DNA of 64,000 nt, taken from Arcobacteraceae bacterium. Its GTDB lineage: Bacteria; Campylobacterota; Campylobacteria; Campylobacterales; Arcobacteraceae. The position numbers were made by a program, and so were the translations under genes. Where the stretch lies: contig OY759974.1 of NCBI GenBank assembly GCA_963662945.1, forward strand, positions 2,112,001 to 2,176,000, in the 5' to 3' direction. Of the stretch, positions 26,934 through 37,419 are shown in pieces. Position 1 is the stretch's first letter. Each line of letters starts with the position of its first letter. Below the pieces are notes generated by a model, which ran no database searches, had not been told where the DNA came from, and worked only from the letters and a program-made list of their open reading frames with translations.

Positions 26934-27950
26934 CTACCTCTTTTTTTTGTATAGAAAATATAAAAATAAAGGTGCACCTAAAAGAGAAGTAAATATTCCT
27001 ACAGGGATTACAATAGGCAACATAATAGTTCGAGAAATAATATCTGCAAAAAGTAAAAGTCCACCACCACTGAGTATAGAAAGTGGGATAAGATATTTAT
27101 GTGAACTACCCACAACAAGTCTTACAATATGTGGAGCAATAAGTCCAACAAATCCAATAATCCCAAAAAAGGCAACACTTAAAGCACTTAAAAGAGAAGC
27201 TAACATCATCACTCTAAAGGTAAGTTTTTTGGTATCAATTCCTAAAGTTTTAGCATGGTCATCTCCTAGCATAAGTGCATCAAGCTTCCAAAAAAGTTTA
27301 AAATAAATTAGAAAAATTAAAATAAGTACAATAGCGATAACTCCAACTATATCTAAACCTGCTTTAGAAAGATCTCCAAACGTCCAAAACAAAGTAGCAG
27401 CTGCATCAGTATCATCTGCAAAATACTGTAAAAACATTGTAAGAGCTGAAAAAAATGCACCAAGAGCTACACCAAAAAGTATTAACGATTCAGGAGTCAT
27501 ATTGGAACGTTTTCCCAAAGAGATGATAATCATAGTAGTAAACATACTAACACTAAATGCTAAAAATGCTGTCATAAATCCTGCACTAAAAGTGGAAGAG
27601 ACTGAGTAAACTTGCAATATGATAATAGCAAAACTAGCACCAAAAGCACTTGCTTGCGATATTCCTAAGGTAAAAGGGGAAGCTAAAGGATTTTTTAAAA
27701 CAGCTTGCATTAAAGTTCCAGAAAGTCCAAGTGCTGCCCCTACAAAAAAAGCAGCAAATGTTCTTGGTACTCGAATATCATAAAAGATGAGGGAAAAATT
27801 ATCTGCACTATTATTTAGTCTTGCAATATCACTAAAGTCAATTCCATTATTTCCACTTAATAAAGAGAGAATAAAAAGGAATAGAACGACAAGGGAAAAT
27901 AATAAAATAGTGAAAATTTTATTTTTAGAATATAAAGACCTACTATACAT
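26934..27950 (-). CDS. FecCD/BtuC-family ABC permease
   Basis: IRVPRT, KNPLASPFTLGIS, GIIGFVGLIAPH, IPVGIFTSLLGAP. Confidence 0.92.
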   Translation of the reverse strand: MYSRSLYSKNKIFTILLFSLVVLFLFILSLLSGNNGIDFSDIARLNNSADNFSLIFYDIRVPRTFAAFFVGAALGLSGTLMQAVLKNPLASPFTLGISQASAFGASFAIIILQVYSVSSTFSAGFMTAFLAFSVSMFTTMIIISLGKRSNMTPESLILFGVALGAFFSALTMFLQYFADDTDAAATLFWTFGDLSKAGLDIVGVIAIVLILIFLIYFKLFWKLDALMLGDDHAKTLGIDTKKLTFRVMMLASLLSALSVAFFGIIGFVGLIAPHIVRLVVGSSHKYLIPLSILSGGGLLLFADIISRTIMLPIVIPVGIFTSLLGAPLFLYFLYKKKR

Positions 27951-28972
27951 TATAATTTATAAGGATTATTCTTTTCAAAAATCTCAAATCCTCTCTTCCC
28001 TAAAAACATTTTGTAAATCTCTTTTTGTTTTGCTTGAAAATCTATATCTTTTTGAAGATATGAAGCGATAAGCCAGCTGTTTATAAAGACATTTTCAATA
28101 TTTGTATTGTAAAAGTTATAAGGATAAAGCCAATAAACTTGTTTTTGTTGAAATGCCGTAATGCTATTAAAAATTTTTTTATCTTTTTCTAACTCTTCAT
28201 TGATAATCTTTTTACTTAAATAATCTAGAAATATTATCTGTGGATTATAAGAGAGTAGGGCTTCTTTATTGATAAAAAAATGTCCTTTTTGATCTTCTAA
28301 AATATCATTTTTTAAATGAAGTAGTTCAAATGATGGATAACTACTCTCCGTACTTGTAATCCCTTGAATCCCTTTATATCCAATTCCCCCAATATAAACT
28401 TTTTTATTAGTTAAAGTTAAAGAGCTAAGTTCTTTTTCTTGCTGATTTATAAACTCTATAAGCTCATTTGCTCTTGTCTGCTTTTGTGTAATTTTGGCTA
28501 TAAGTTTTAAAGAGTTTTTTATAGATTGAAGTTTGTTATCTTGTTTTACTCCACCATAAGTAGCTCCATAACTTAAAACAACCACAGGAATATTTGTTTT
28601 CTTTTGGATAAGTTCTACTTGCTCTTTTGATAAAAAAGAGGTAAATATTATATCTGGATTTAGTGATATCAGTGTTTCAAGATTTGGCATTTTACCTGGT
28701 CCACCTTGTCCGACAACTGGGAGTGATTGAAGAGTTTTTTTATCAAATATTGTACGATAGGGAGCTTTTAAATCATATTTTTTCTCCAGCTTTTCTATTC
28801 CTACAATATGGTCTTGAAGATTCAAATAGCTTACAAGCCTTAAGGCACCAGGACCTAAACAAACTATTTTTTTTGTATCTTTAATCTCAACTTTTCTATC
28901 AAACATATCATGTATCGTTATACTTAACAAAGAACTTGTAAATAACATTGCTAAAAGAAATAATTTTATCAC
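27950..28972 (-). CDS. Periplasmic binding protein (FepB/BtuF-like class III)
   Basis: ITIHDMFDRKVEI, KIVCLGPGALRL, PNLETLISLNPDII; GTG start. Confidence 0.85.
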   Translation of the reverse strand: MIKLFLLAMLFTSSLLSITIHDMFDRKVEIKDTKKIVCLGPGALRLVSYLNLQDHIVGIEKLEKKYDLKAPYRTIFDKKTLQSLPVVGQGGPGKMPNLETLISLNPDIIFTSFLSKEQVELIQKKTNIPVVVLSYGATYGGVKQDNKLQSIKNSLKLIAKITQKQTRANELIEFINQQEKELSSLTLTNKKVYIGGIGYKGIQGITSTESSYPSFELLHLKNDILEDQKGHFFINKEALLSYNPQIIFLDYLSKKIINEELEKDKKIFNSITAFQQKQVYWLYPYNFYNTNIENVFINSWLIASYLQKDIDFQAKQKEIYKMFLGKRGFEIFEKNNPYKL

Positions 28973-29144
28973 CTATAACTACCTTTTTTAATTTTTCAAA
29001 TCATAAGTTAACTTTATTAAAACTATTGTTAAAAACTATGATACTTATATATTTTTGGGACTAAATGTTATAAAATTGCTCCAGAATCTTAATAAGTCTA
29101 GATAACTTCTAAAATTTTTTTAAGAATAAGTATTAAAAGGAATT

Positions 29145-30377
29145 TTATCCTTTTATTCCATCAACTCTTGGTAATAATAGAAACTTTCTTGTTTGTATAA
29201 AATACAAAATAAAAGGAAGAATCCAAAATAGTATAGATATATACATCAATATCATAGAGTAGTTCGGAAAAAATGGTATTAAAGTTCTAGATAGTGTTGC
29301 AAAAATAAGTAAAATAACACTAGTGGCTATCCACCAGTTCGATTTAAGAACTCTTCCTGTATGTACATGTGCAATAATAACCATAACCATAAAAAAGGAT
29401 ATTCCAAAAGCACCAGTTGTTAAAAAATGTCTAAAATGAGTTTCATTTCCAAAATTATCTAGATGTGAAAAGCCTAAAAAGCCATAACCTAATGCCATCA
29501 TAATAACAACACAACTTAAATACCAAACAAAAGGTTCTTTTAGTATGGATTCAAACTTGAGATTATAATCATTTAAAATTCCTAAAATTGCAGCAAAACA
29601 AGCAAATCCTAACCAGCTTAAAATAGAATTTGTTGGATAAAAATACTCTATAGTTGCAAATAAAATGACAGTAAATATTGCTAAGTTATAACGAAAAGGT
29701 TTTGCTATAAATACATCATCTAATTGTTTGTGTTCAAGTATTTCATTGATAGCTTCCATATTTACCCGTCTTAGTGCAAGTAAAGTAAGAATCATAAATC
29801 CACCGACACTTACTTTGAGAATCTCTAATGCGTTTAGGGAAATAAGTTGTGCTTTGGAAGCAAAAAAGAGTATCTGTAAAACTGTGAGAAATACTATAGT
29901 ATAAGCAATACTTGCATGTCTTTGTAATTTATCTAAAACTACAGGTTTAAAAGCCCATACTATAATATAAATCCATAATGCTATATTAATAAATCCTACA
30001 ACATAAACACCTACAATATCAATAGACCAAAAGCTTACTCTTCCAGCAATCCATAAGAGAATAATATTACTTAGTCGTTTTCCTACTATAGGAATAAGTC
30101 CAGGGAAAAGTTCTGGAAGACCCGTAAAAATAAAAGCCATAATTCCTGCGACTCCAACTCCAAATAACATTTCATAGATATGCCAACTCAAAGGATCATC
30201 AAAAATATTTAATCTACCGCTAAACACAAAAGCCCATAAAAATATAAGTGTTACCATATAAAGTGGAAGTATTAAAAATATTGGACGAAATCCATAAGCT
30301 AAATAGGGAGGGATATTATCTTCATCTGGATAAAATTTATAATGTTTTGTAGCATTTTGTTTTTGATTAATTTCCAT
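29145..30377 (-). CDS. NnrS-family membrane protein
   Basis: [23 protein letters not shown]-like [24 protein letters not shown]. Confidence 0.85.
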   Translation of the reverse strand: MEINQKQNATKHYKFYPDEDNIPPYLAYGFRPIFLILPLYMVTLIFLWAFVFSGRLNIFDDPLSWHIYEMLFGVGVAGIMAFIFTGLPELFPGLIPIVGKRLSNIILLWIAGRVSFWSIDIVGVYVVGFINIALWIYIIVWAFKPVVLDKLQRHASIAYTIVFLTVLQILFFASKAQLISLNALEILKVSVGGFMILTLLALRRVNMEAINEILEHKQLDDVFIAKPFRYNLAIFTVILFATIEYFYPTNSILSWLGFACFAAILGILNDYNLKFESILKEPFVWYLSCVVIMMALGYGFLGFSHLDNFGNETHFRHFLTTGAFGISFFMVMVIIAHVHTGRVLKSNWWIATSVILLIFATLSRTLIPFFPNYSMILMYISILFWILPFILYFIQTRKFLLLPRVDGIKG

Positions 30378-31123
30378 TATATTGCCTTTATTTCAAATGT
30401 ATTGATAACATCACAGTCTGTTAAGAACTCTTGTGTTTTATTAAAAATAAATTTATCATCTCTATTATTTTTTTCTTCATCTATTGTATATGTTTTGATA
30501 ATTTCACCGGGGTCACTTTTTAAAAGTAAAATTTTATCACTTAATCGAATCGCTTCCATTAAATCATGTGTAATAAACAGAACACTTGTACCAAACTCTT
30601 CACAACTTTTAAGTACAAAGTCTTGTAACTCTCTTTTGAGACCAATATCAAGTGCTGAAAAGGGTTCATCCAAAAAAAGTAATCTTGGTTTGGTGATTAA
30701 AGCTCTTGCAAAATTAACTCGCTGTTTCATCCCTCCACTTAAATCTTTTGGATATTTTATAAAATCTTTCTCTTCAAGTCCAAATCTTAGAGCTATTTCA
30801 CAGGCTTCCTTGTATGCTGTTGTATATTTTTTTGTTGCAATAATAGGGAGCATTATATTTTCAACTACTGTTTTCCAAGGAAGTAACCTAGCATCTTGAA
30901 AAGCAAAAGCCGATGAGGTAAAACTATTTGTTATCTCTCCTTCTGTAACATCAAGAAGATCACTACAAAGTTTTAATAGAGTTGTTTTTCCACCACCACT
31001 TGGACCTACTATACTTATTACTTCACCTTTTTTTAGTTCAAAATTGATATTATTTAAAATTTGTGTAAATCCAAAGTAAAAATTTAATTCACTTACTTTT
31101 AATCTCTCCTCTAATCTCTCCAT
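30377..31123 (-). CDS. ABC ATPase (NitT/TauB/SsuB type)
   Basis: [35 protein letters not shown]. Confidence 0.9.
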   Translation of the reverse strand: MERLEERLKVSELNFYFGFTQILNNINFELKKGEVISIVGPSGGGKTTLLKLCSDLLDVTEGEITNSFTSSAFAFQDARLLPWKTVVENIMLPIIATKKYTTAYKEACEIALRFGLEEKDFIKYPKDLSGGMKQRVNFARALITKPRLLFLDEPFSALDIGLKRELQDFVLKSCEEFGTSVLFITHDLMEAIRLSDKILLLKSDPGEIIKTYTIDEEKNNRDDKFIFNKTQEFLTDCDVINTFEIKAI

Positions 31124-31893
31124 GATTCAACCTCTTTTTTAATTGGTTCTAAAACAATATATTCAACAAAAAGTAAAACACCAACCATTGTCATAACTAA
31201 AGCTAAAGCAGTTGGGGTATCAAGATGACTTCTAGCAATTGCTAGTGAAGCTCCAATACCATCATTGGCACTTAATAGTTCTGCCATAATTACAATTTTC
31301 CAACTCATACCAAGTGCTGAAACCCAAGATGGAAAGAGATATGAAAAAAGATGAGGAAAATAAAGGTCTTTGCATTTTTGCCAAAAACTTAAATGAAAAC
31401 TATCCATCATCTCCTTTAAATCTCCTTCTAAAGTTCTACTCCCTTGTAATGCACCAACAAATACAATAGGGAAAGAGGCAATAACAACTGTAAACATCAC
31501 AGTCATATCCCCAAAACCAAACCAAATCATGGCTAGTACGATCCAAGCTATAGGTGGAATACCCACTAAAATAGTAACTATAGGACGACTCATAACAGAA
31601 GCTGTGATGAAGTATCCAGCAATTAGCCCAAAAAATGTTCCAATAGTTAAAGATATTCCAAATCCCATCATGCCTCTTTTTATAGTAAGCAGTAAATCTT
31701 CTATAAACTCTTGTTGTTCAAAAAGTGAAAAAACAGTTAGTAATACCTCTTTAGGGGATGGTAAAACTAAGTCACCATAGATTTGATTTCCCATATCCCA
31801 GAAAGCCAAAAAAAGGAAGATTGAGGCAATACTACCCCAACCACTCCATAAAAACCAAGGAAAATCTTTGAGTATTTTTATAATGGTTTTCAT
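31111..31893 (-). CDS. ABC permease (NitT/TauC/SsuC type)
   Basis: LPSP, IPPIAW, SWKIVIMAELL, GIG. Confidence 0.9.
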   Translation of the reverse strand: MKTIIKILKDFPWFLWSGWGSIASIFLFLAFWDMGNQIYGDLVLPSPKEVLLTVFSLFEQQEFIEDLLLTIKRGMMGFGISLTIGTFFGLIAGYFITASVMSRPIVTILVGIPPIAWIVLAMIWFGFGDMTVMFTVVIASFPIVFVGALQGSRTLEGDLKEMMDSFHLSFWQKCKDLYFPHLFSYLFPSWVSALGMSWKIVIMAELLSANDGIGASLAIARSHLDTPTALALVMTMVGVLLFVEYIVLEPIKKEVESWRD

Positions 31894-32855
31894 TTAAAAT
31901 ACAAACCTTCATCAGGAATTTTTCCACCTATAAGTTTTGGCTCATTTTCCAAAAGTATTTGAAAAAACTTTTCTAAATCTTCTTTAGCATCCATTGCACT
32001 TACCGCTTCAATTTGAACATTTGGTATTGAAAGACTTACTGCTTCTGGTGAAAAGAAATCTATATATTCTTTTACTAAATCCCCAGCTTCTTGTGGATTA
32101 TTTTTATACCAAGAAACAGCTTTTTTATACTCCTCTTCAACTCTTAGGGTTATTTGATTATCAAGTTTACCCACAACAGCAACAGCAGCTTGTGGAATTC
32201 TTCCATCTACTTGAAAAACTTTCCCCCACTCTTTTTGCAAGTTCACACTTCGATAAATATCTGGAGCAATAAGTTTTAAAGGAAATGAACCTGTTTTAAT
32301 CATAGCCATTGAAGTTGCAGGTTCTGCTAAAAGAACATTGTTTGCTCTTCTTAAAATAAGCATCTGCATAGCATCAGGAGGTGTTGGTGCATACTGTATA
32401 TCAAAATCTTTTTTAGGATTGAGTCCCGCTTTTTTCATGATAGCTTGAAGAACAATATCTGGCATATCGTTTCTAAAAGGTACTACTATCTGTTGCCCTT
32501 TTAAATCTTTAATTGTTTTGATATTTTTATCTCTTGATATAATTTCTAAAATTCCCCAAATAGATACATTTAGAATTTTTATATCCTCTTTTTTATTGTA
32601 TAAATTTGCAGCAACATTTGTGGGAATAGCAACGATATGAGCCTCTTTTTTTAAAAGTATGGCTCTTAATTCATCTGGATTTTTCCATAGTCTAAATTCT
32701 ACTTTTGAAGCTACATCAGCTAAAGCTCCACTTTCAATCATTTTAAAAAATGGATGTGAAACTGTAGCAACGGGTCCTGCAATGATAAGTTTATCCATCT
32801 TTTGCATAGCAAAAACATTGACAATAAATAAAAATAGTAATAATAGTTTTTTCAT
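31890..32855 (-). CDS. ABC substrate-binding protein (SsuA/THI5-like)
   Basis: Signal peptide, PTNVAANLYNK, IKDLKGQ, LAEPA; operon context. Confidence 0.8.
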   Translation of the reverse strand: MKKLLLLFLFIVNVFAMQKMDKLIIAGPVATVSHPFFKMIESGALADVASKVEFRLWKNPDELRAILLKKEAHIVAIPTNVAANLYNKKEDIKILNVSIWGILEIISRDKNIKTIKDLKGQQIVVPFRNDMPDIVLQAIMKKAGLNPKKDFDIQYAPTPPDAMQMLILRRANNVLLAEPATSMAMIKTGSFPLKLIAPDIYRSVNLQKEWGKVFQVDGRIPQAAVAVVGKLDNQITLRVEEEYKKAVSWYKNNPQEAGDLVKEYIDFFSPEAVSLSIPNVQIEAVSAMDAKEDLEKFFQILLENEPKLIGGKIPDEGLYFK

Positions 32856-34990
32856 TAGAAACTCACATTCATACCAGCAAAGTAGTATCGTCCACTGCTA
32901 CTTCCAAGTATATCATCGATTTTTTTATCAGTTAGATTATCTATACCAGCATAGAGTGAAATATGTTTTGTATAATCATAGTTGATATTCCAATTTAGTG
33001 TTGTATAACTGTTTGTTGTACTATCTACTATTGTTTCTGTTGGAGTACCTCTATTGATAGTTTCTTGGTAGTATTGCTCCCCTACATATTTTGCCCCAAT
33101 TGAACTATCGATATCTTCAGTGATATTGTAAGCAAGTTTTAGATTTATAATTCTATCTGGATTAAATTCTAGATCTTCATCTGTTTGTTCATTTTTTGTT
33201 TTAAGTTCTGTCCAATTAAATTGAATATCAAGCTTGTTATTAATTTGATGTTGAATACCTAGTTCCATACCATAACTTTTTGCTTTATCTAGATTTTCAA
33301 AAGTATAATAAGTACCTTTGTTTACTTGACTTATTAGATCTTCAATCTTATTGTAAAAAAGTGCAAAATCATATTTTGTATTTTTAATTTGACCATTAAA
33401 GCCTACTTCATAAGTTAAAGTAGATTCAGGTTTTAAATCATAAGTAGTTTTTCCTAAAGTGGCATCTGCTGTGTCGGCTCCTCTTTGCATACCACTTGCA
33501 GTATTTTTAAAAATATACAATTCTCTTAAGTCAGGGGCTCTGTATCCTTGTGCAACATTTACTCTTACATTAAACTCTTTTGAGAAGTTTTTAATAGCTC
33601 CAAATTTAAAAGTTGCTTTACTATCATTATTGCTTATATCATCATATCTTGCACCAAAAATAGCATTAAGTGTATCATCTATAGTCCATTCATCCTGTAA
33701 ATACACCGCTTTATAATCTACATTTTTTTCAGTCAATTCACTAGATTGAGTAAAAACACTTGCTTCTCGCTTCTCTTTTCTTGATTCAATACCAGCTGTT
33801 AAGAGATGACTTTCGTTTAAAAAGTAGTTTGCTAGAGCTTCAAAACTTCTCACATCTACATTTGCCGTCATACCATTTTGAGCAGAGTTTGCTTGACTTG
33901 AATATTTTAGTTCACTCCAATAAGGTGTTGTAGTTGTATTTTTCTTTTCATAATAACTTTTATACCCTCTAAGTTGTACAACTAAATCATCAGTTGCATT
34001 TATTTTAAAATCAATTGCAGTATCGAGTCTTTCATTTTTATCTTCTGAATCTACTGGTATATTATATACAGGTATAAAACCAGCCCCTGCAGCAACATTT
34101 GATGGATGAAAATATCCTATATAGCTTCCATTTCTCTCTTCATCAAATTTATTGAACTCAAATCCAGCTGTTATGCTATCACTAAATTCATATTCAATTC
34201 TTCCACCGTAAGTTAATATATCACTTTCCTCTTTATAAGTAACATTATGAAGGTAGTTATCATTTAAACCATTTAATTGTGCAGATAATCCCACGGCAGC
34301 TGATGGCTTCACATTGGTTACTCCTGTAGGTATTTGTTTTACATAAACATCCGCATTTTCTTGTTGTGTATAAGGTGTTGTTTTTGTTTTATTTATATAA
34401 AAGCTATAACCTAGTTTCTCTTTTTTCCCTTTTACACTTAGATTAATATTTTTATTTTCATCATCTCCATGTTCATTTTGCCCATATCTAATACCAAAAT
34501 TTACTGTAGGAGTAGAAGTTGGTTTTTTTGTGATGATATTTATAATTCCACCTGTTGCGTCAGCACCATATAAAGTACTCATAGGACCTTTTACTATCTC
34601 TATTTTTTCTATTTGACTAGCTGGAATTCTATCTAAGTCATAAGGATTTGATACTTCCCCTCCTAATCTTCTTCCATCAACTAAAATGAGTGTACCATTT
34701 GTACTCATTCCTCTTATACTGACAGAAGATTTTGATTTACTACTTGCATTTGGAAATGTTCCATATTGTATATTTAACCCAGAAGTACGACTTAAAATAT
34801 CCTTGAGTGATTCTGCACCCATTTTTTTAATATCTTGTTCTGTTATTACTGAAACACTTGCAGCTACACCATCAATCTTTTTTTCTGTTTTCGTTGCAGA
34901 TGATATTGTTACAACATCTTCTAATACTATTGTGTCATTTGCCATTAGTAAATTAGAAGCTATGATACTTAGTAATATCGTTTTTTTCAT
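32855..34990 (-). CDS. TonB-dependent receptor
   Basis: TonB box DVVTISS, IEIVKGPMSTLYGADATGGIINIITK, C-terminal NLTDK...GRYYFAGMNVSF; start reassigned to 34990. Confidence 0.93.
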   Translation of the reverse strand: MKKTILLSIIASNLLMANDTIVLEDVVTISSATKTEKKIDGVAASVSVITEQDIKKMGAESLKDILSRTSGLNIQYGTFPNASSKSKSSVSIRGMSTNGTLILVDGRRLGGEVSNPYDLDRIPASQIEKIEIVKGPMSTLYGADATGGIINIITKKPTSTPTVNFGIRYGQNEHGDDENKNINLSVKGKKEKLGYSFYINKTKTTPYTQQENADVYVKQIPTGVTNVKPSAAVGLSAQLNGLNDNYLHNVTYKEESDILTYGGRIEYEFSDSITAGFEFNKFDEERNGSYIGYFHPSNVAAGAGFIPVYNIPVDSEDKNERLDTAIDFKINATDDLVVQLRGYKSYYEKKNTTTTPYWSELKYSSQANSAQNGMTANVDVRSFEALANYFLNESHLLTAGIESRKEKREASVFTQSSELTEKNVDYKAVYLQDEWTIDDTLNAIFGARYDDISNNDSKATFKFGAIKNFSKEFNVRVNVAQGYRAPDLRELYIFKNTASGMQRGADTADATLGKTTYDLKPESTLTYEVGFNGQIKNTKYDFALFYNKIEDLISQVNKGTYYTFENLDKAKSYGMELGIQHQINNKLDIQFNWTELKTKNEQTDEDLEFNPDRIINLKLAYNITEDIDSSIGAKYVGEQYYQETINRGTPTETIVDSTTNSYTTLNWNINYDYTKHISLYAGIDNLTDKKIDDILGSSSGRYYFAGMNVSF

Positions 34991-35040
34991 TTCATTCTCC
35001 ATTTTGTATTCTTACTTAAGATTAAGACAGCCTATTTAGG

Positions 35041-35070
35041 CTATCTACAGCGAATTATTTTTTGTATCAT
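35041..35070 (-). CDS. Possible 9-aa upstream ORF MIQKIIRCR
   Basis: SD AAGGGA, -10 TATAAT at 35087-35092, small hairpin AGCCTA-aa-TAGGCT overlapping the stop. Confidence 0.35.
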   Translation of the reverse strand: MIQKIIRCR

Positions 35071-35099
35071 AGTATCCCTTTTTTGAATTATACTATTAA

Positions 35100-35114
35100 T
35101 GATAATCAATATCA
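35100..35114. promoter_or_regulatory. Fur box
   Basis: TGATAATCAATATCA within AATGATAATCAATATCATT. Confidence 0.75.
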
Positions 35115-35132
35115 TTGACTTATATCAAGATT

Positions 35133-35810
35133 TTATCGTAATTGAAAACTAATAGGTAATATAAGGGTTGTAGTATTTTTTGGTTTTGGTAAATTTTCAG
35201 ATGTAATAGCTTTTACAGCATTAAGCGCGGCATCGTCTAAACGTTTTTTCCCTGATGATTTATGAATGAAGTATGATAGTAATTTTCCTTTTGAATCTAT
35301 CGTAAGTTTTACTTCAGCAACCCCAGTCCATCCCATCCGTTTAGCAATATTTGGATAAATAAGATTGGAGAGTACCATATCACGGATAATGGCAAAATTT
35401 GTTTTGATAAAAGCTTGTTTTTGAGCTTGTTTATTTGGCTGCATTGATTCTGGTTTTACGATATCTTTGACTATTTCTTTAACCTCTTTTTTTATAGGTT
35501 CTGGTTCTTTGATAGGTTCAGGTTTTGGTTCTTGTTTTTTGTGAACTATTGGTTTATGTTTTGGTTCCTTTGTTTTTATAGGCTTTGGTTTTGGTTTTTC
35601 AACTTTTTTTGGTTCAGGTCTTGGTTCTTGTTTTTCAATAACCTTAGGCTTTGGTGATTGATAACTTACCAAATCTATAGAAACCATTTTTTCTTTGTCT
35701 GCTTGTTTTATAAGTTTGTCATCACTTAATAGTACTACTCCTAAAATTATTGAATGCATCAAAAGAGAAAAAAATATCCCTTTTGATTCGTTTGTTTTAA
35801 TCCATGCCAT
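35133..35810 (-). CDS. tonB: Energy transducer TonB
   Basis: SxxxH TM (SLLMH), KP/EP-rich linker, YPNIAKRMGWTG, SSG..LD.AAL; start reassigned to ATG 35810. Confidence 0.92.
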   Translation of the reverse strand: MAWIKTNESKGIFFSLLMHSIILGVVLLSDDKLIKQADKEKMVSIDLVSYQSPKPKVIEKQEPRPEPKKVEKPKPKPIKTKEPKHKPIVHKKQEPKPEPIKEPEPIKKEVKEIVKDIVKPESMQPNKQAQKQAFIKTNFAIIRDMVLSNLIYPNIAKRMGWTGVAEVKLTIDSKGKLLSYFIHKSSGKKRLDDAALNAVKAITSENLPKPKNTTTLILPISFQLR

Positions 35811-35828
35811 TGAAAAATTCCTCAAGAG

Positions 35829-36266
35829 TTAATATGTTATCCAAACTTGCCATTGTTGGGGAGTAAGAATAGATTTAATTTTCATAAGTGCTTCAATTTT
35901 GTATTCTAAAGCTTTTTGTTTGAGATTCGTTACATTGTCAATTTTGTTTTGAAGTTGTGCATCAAAAATAGAGGTTGTTTGCTTTACCTCTTTTTGAATT
36001 GATTTTTCAAGTAAAAATATTTCTTGAATAAGAGGATTGTATTTCCCATGCATAATTGGTCGTACATCATTAGCAAGTTGTACTTGTTGTTCCTCATTAA
36101 GTTTTATCTTTCCTGATTTAAATATTTTTCCACCAGGGAAGGGGAGGGGTACTATATCATGAACCATCATCCTATTTTTTTTTAATTCTTTCATCTTATT
36201 GTCTGCTCCAAATAGAGGGATAGTTATTAATAATAAGATAGTTATAATTATTTTTTTGCTGTACAT
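35829..36266 (-). CDS. Periplasmic Spy/CpxP-like (LTxxQ) helical protein
   Basis: Signal peptide, LNEEQ and ILTPQQ motifs. Confidence 0.55.
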   Translation of the reverse strand: MYSKKIIITILLLITIPLFGADNKMKELKKNRMMVHDIVPLPFPGGKIFKSGKIKLNEEQQVQLANDVRPIMHGKYNPLIQEIFLLEKSIQKEVKQTTSIFDAQLQNKIDNVTNLKQKALEYKIEALMKIKSILTPQQWQVWITY

Positions 36267-36344
36267 ATTTGCAATCCTTATGATAATTGTTTGATTGGCT
36301 GGCTACTATCTTAAATAAATTAGAATTTGCTAGCTATATGAAAT

Positions 36345-36359
36345 TGATAATTGATATCA
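36345..36359. promoter_or_regulatory. Fur box
   Basis: TGATAATTGATATCA. Confidence 0.7.
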
Positions 36360-36417
36360 TATAATAATGTTTCTTAAATTTTTTATAAAAAGAATTTACA
36401 ATATCAAAAAAATAAGC

Positions 36418-37380
36418 TTAATGCCCATCACAATAATTGGAACTATACATATACTTTGAGGTTTCAGGTTGCAATAAAGTATGTGTTACTCCAAAATGTT
36501 GAAGCTTATGACGAATTTTTTCTAAAAGTTGTTCTATCTCTTTTATAGCTTGATTATTTTTCAAAATAATATGTGCCGAAAAATATTTTTCTTTTGATGA
36601 TGGATGTATCAAATGTACATCATGAATTGCTTCAATTTCATCAAATGATAACAACATTTTTTCATATTTTGAAATATCTTCTTTATTTGCATCCATAAGA
36701 CTCATAAAGCTTTCTTGTAAAACACCAAAACTACTTTTTAATATATAAACTCCAAAAAGAAATGTTATGATAGGGTCAATGTATGGAGTATTTAAATACA
36801 TAGTTGCAATTGCTCCAATTATTACCCCAAGAGATATACCCGCATCACCTAACATGTGAAGGTATGCAGCTTTCATATTTAGATCTTCGTTATGAGAATG
36901 TTGGTGATTACAAGAATGGGAATGTTCATTATCATGATTGTGTTCTTTGTGTCCATGATGATGGTGTAAGTGGTGATAGTCTTTAAGTAAATATGCACTA
37001 ATTCCATTTACGATTAAAGCAACAGTTGCCACGAGAATAACACTATTTGTTTCTATAAGTATTGGATTAAAAAACCTTAAAACAGCCTCATATAATATAT
37101 AGGTCATTGTGATACATAAAAATAGAGAATTGACAAAAGCAGCCATCATCTCAGCTCGAACAAAACCAAAAGTCATTTTTGAACTAGCAGCTTTTAGGGC
37201 ATAATATGCGGCAATCAATGCCACAAATAAAGCTAATACATCTCCAAGATTATGCAAAGCATCCGTAATCAAAGCCAACGAATTAGAAATCGCACCATAA
37301 ACCAACTCTAAAATAACTATTGTTATATTTAACATAGCTACAAACATAATTCGTGAATTAACACTAACTTTTTTTTCCAT
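36418..37380 (-). CDS. CDF metal transporter with His-rich loop
   Basis: SLALITDALHNLGD, HHLHHHHGH loop, AAYLHMLGD, IHDVH. Confidence 0.92.
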   Translation of the reverse strand: MEKKVSVNSRIMFVAMLNITIVILELVYGAISNSLALITDALHNLGDVLALFVALIAAYYALKAASSKMTFGFVRAEMMAAFVNSLFLCITMTYILYEAVLRFFNPILIETNSVILVATVALIVNGISAYLLKDYHHLHHHHGHKEHNHDNEHSHSCNHQHSHNEDLNMKAAYLHMLGDAGISLGVIIGAIATMYLNTPYIDPIITFLFGVYILKSSFGVLQESFMSLMDANKEDISKYEKMLLSFDEIEAIHDVHLIHPSSKEKYFSAHIILKNNQAIKEIEQLLEKIRHKLQHFGVTHTLLQPETSKYMYSSNYCDGH

Positions 37381-37419
37381 TAAAAATTTCCTTTTATTAA
37401 AATAAATCTATACTTCATC

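Noticed and set aside
28973-29144. Cobalamin riboswitch or NikR operator upstream of the chelate ABC operon
   Set aside because: No B12-box-like conserved segments and no convincing palindrome by eye
30342-30899. 185-aa + strand ORF, and the many other 60-120 aa antisense or nested ORFs in the track
   Set aside because: Shadow frames of well-supported genes, without RBS or motifs
35500-35650. Low-complexity ggttt/ggttc repeats
   Set aside because: Encode the Pro/Lys/Glu linker of TonB
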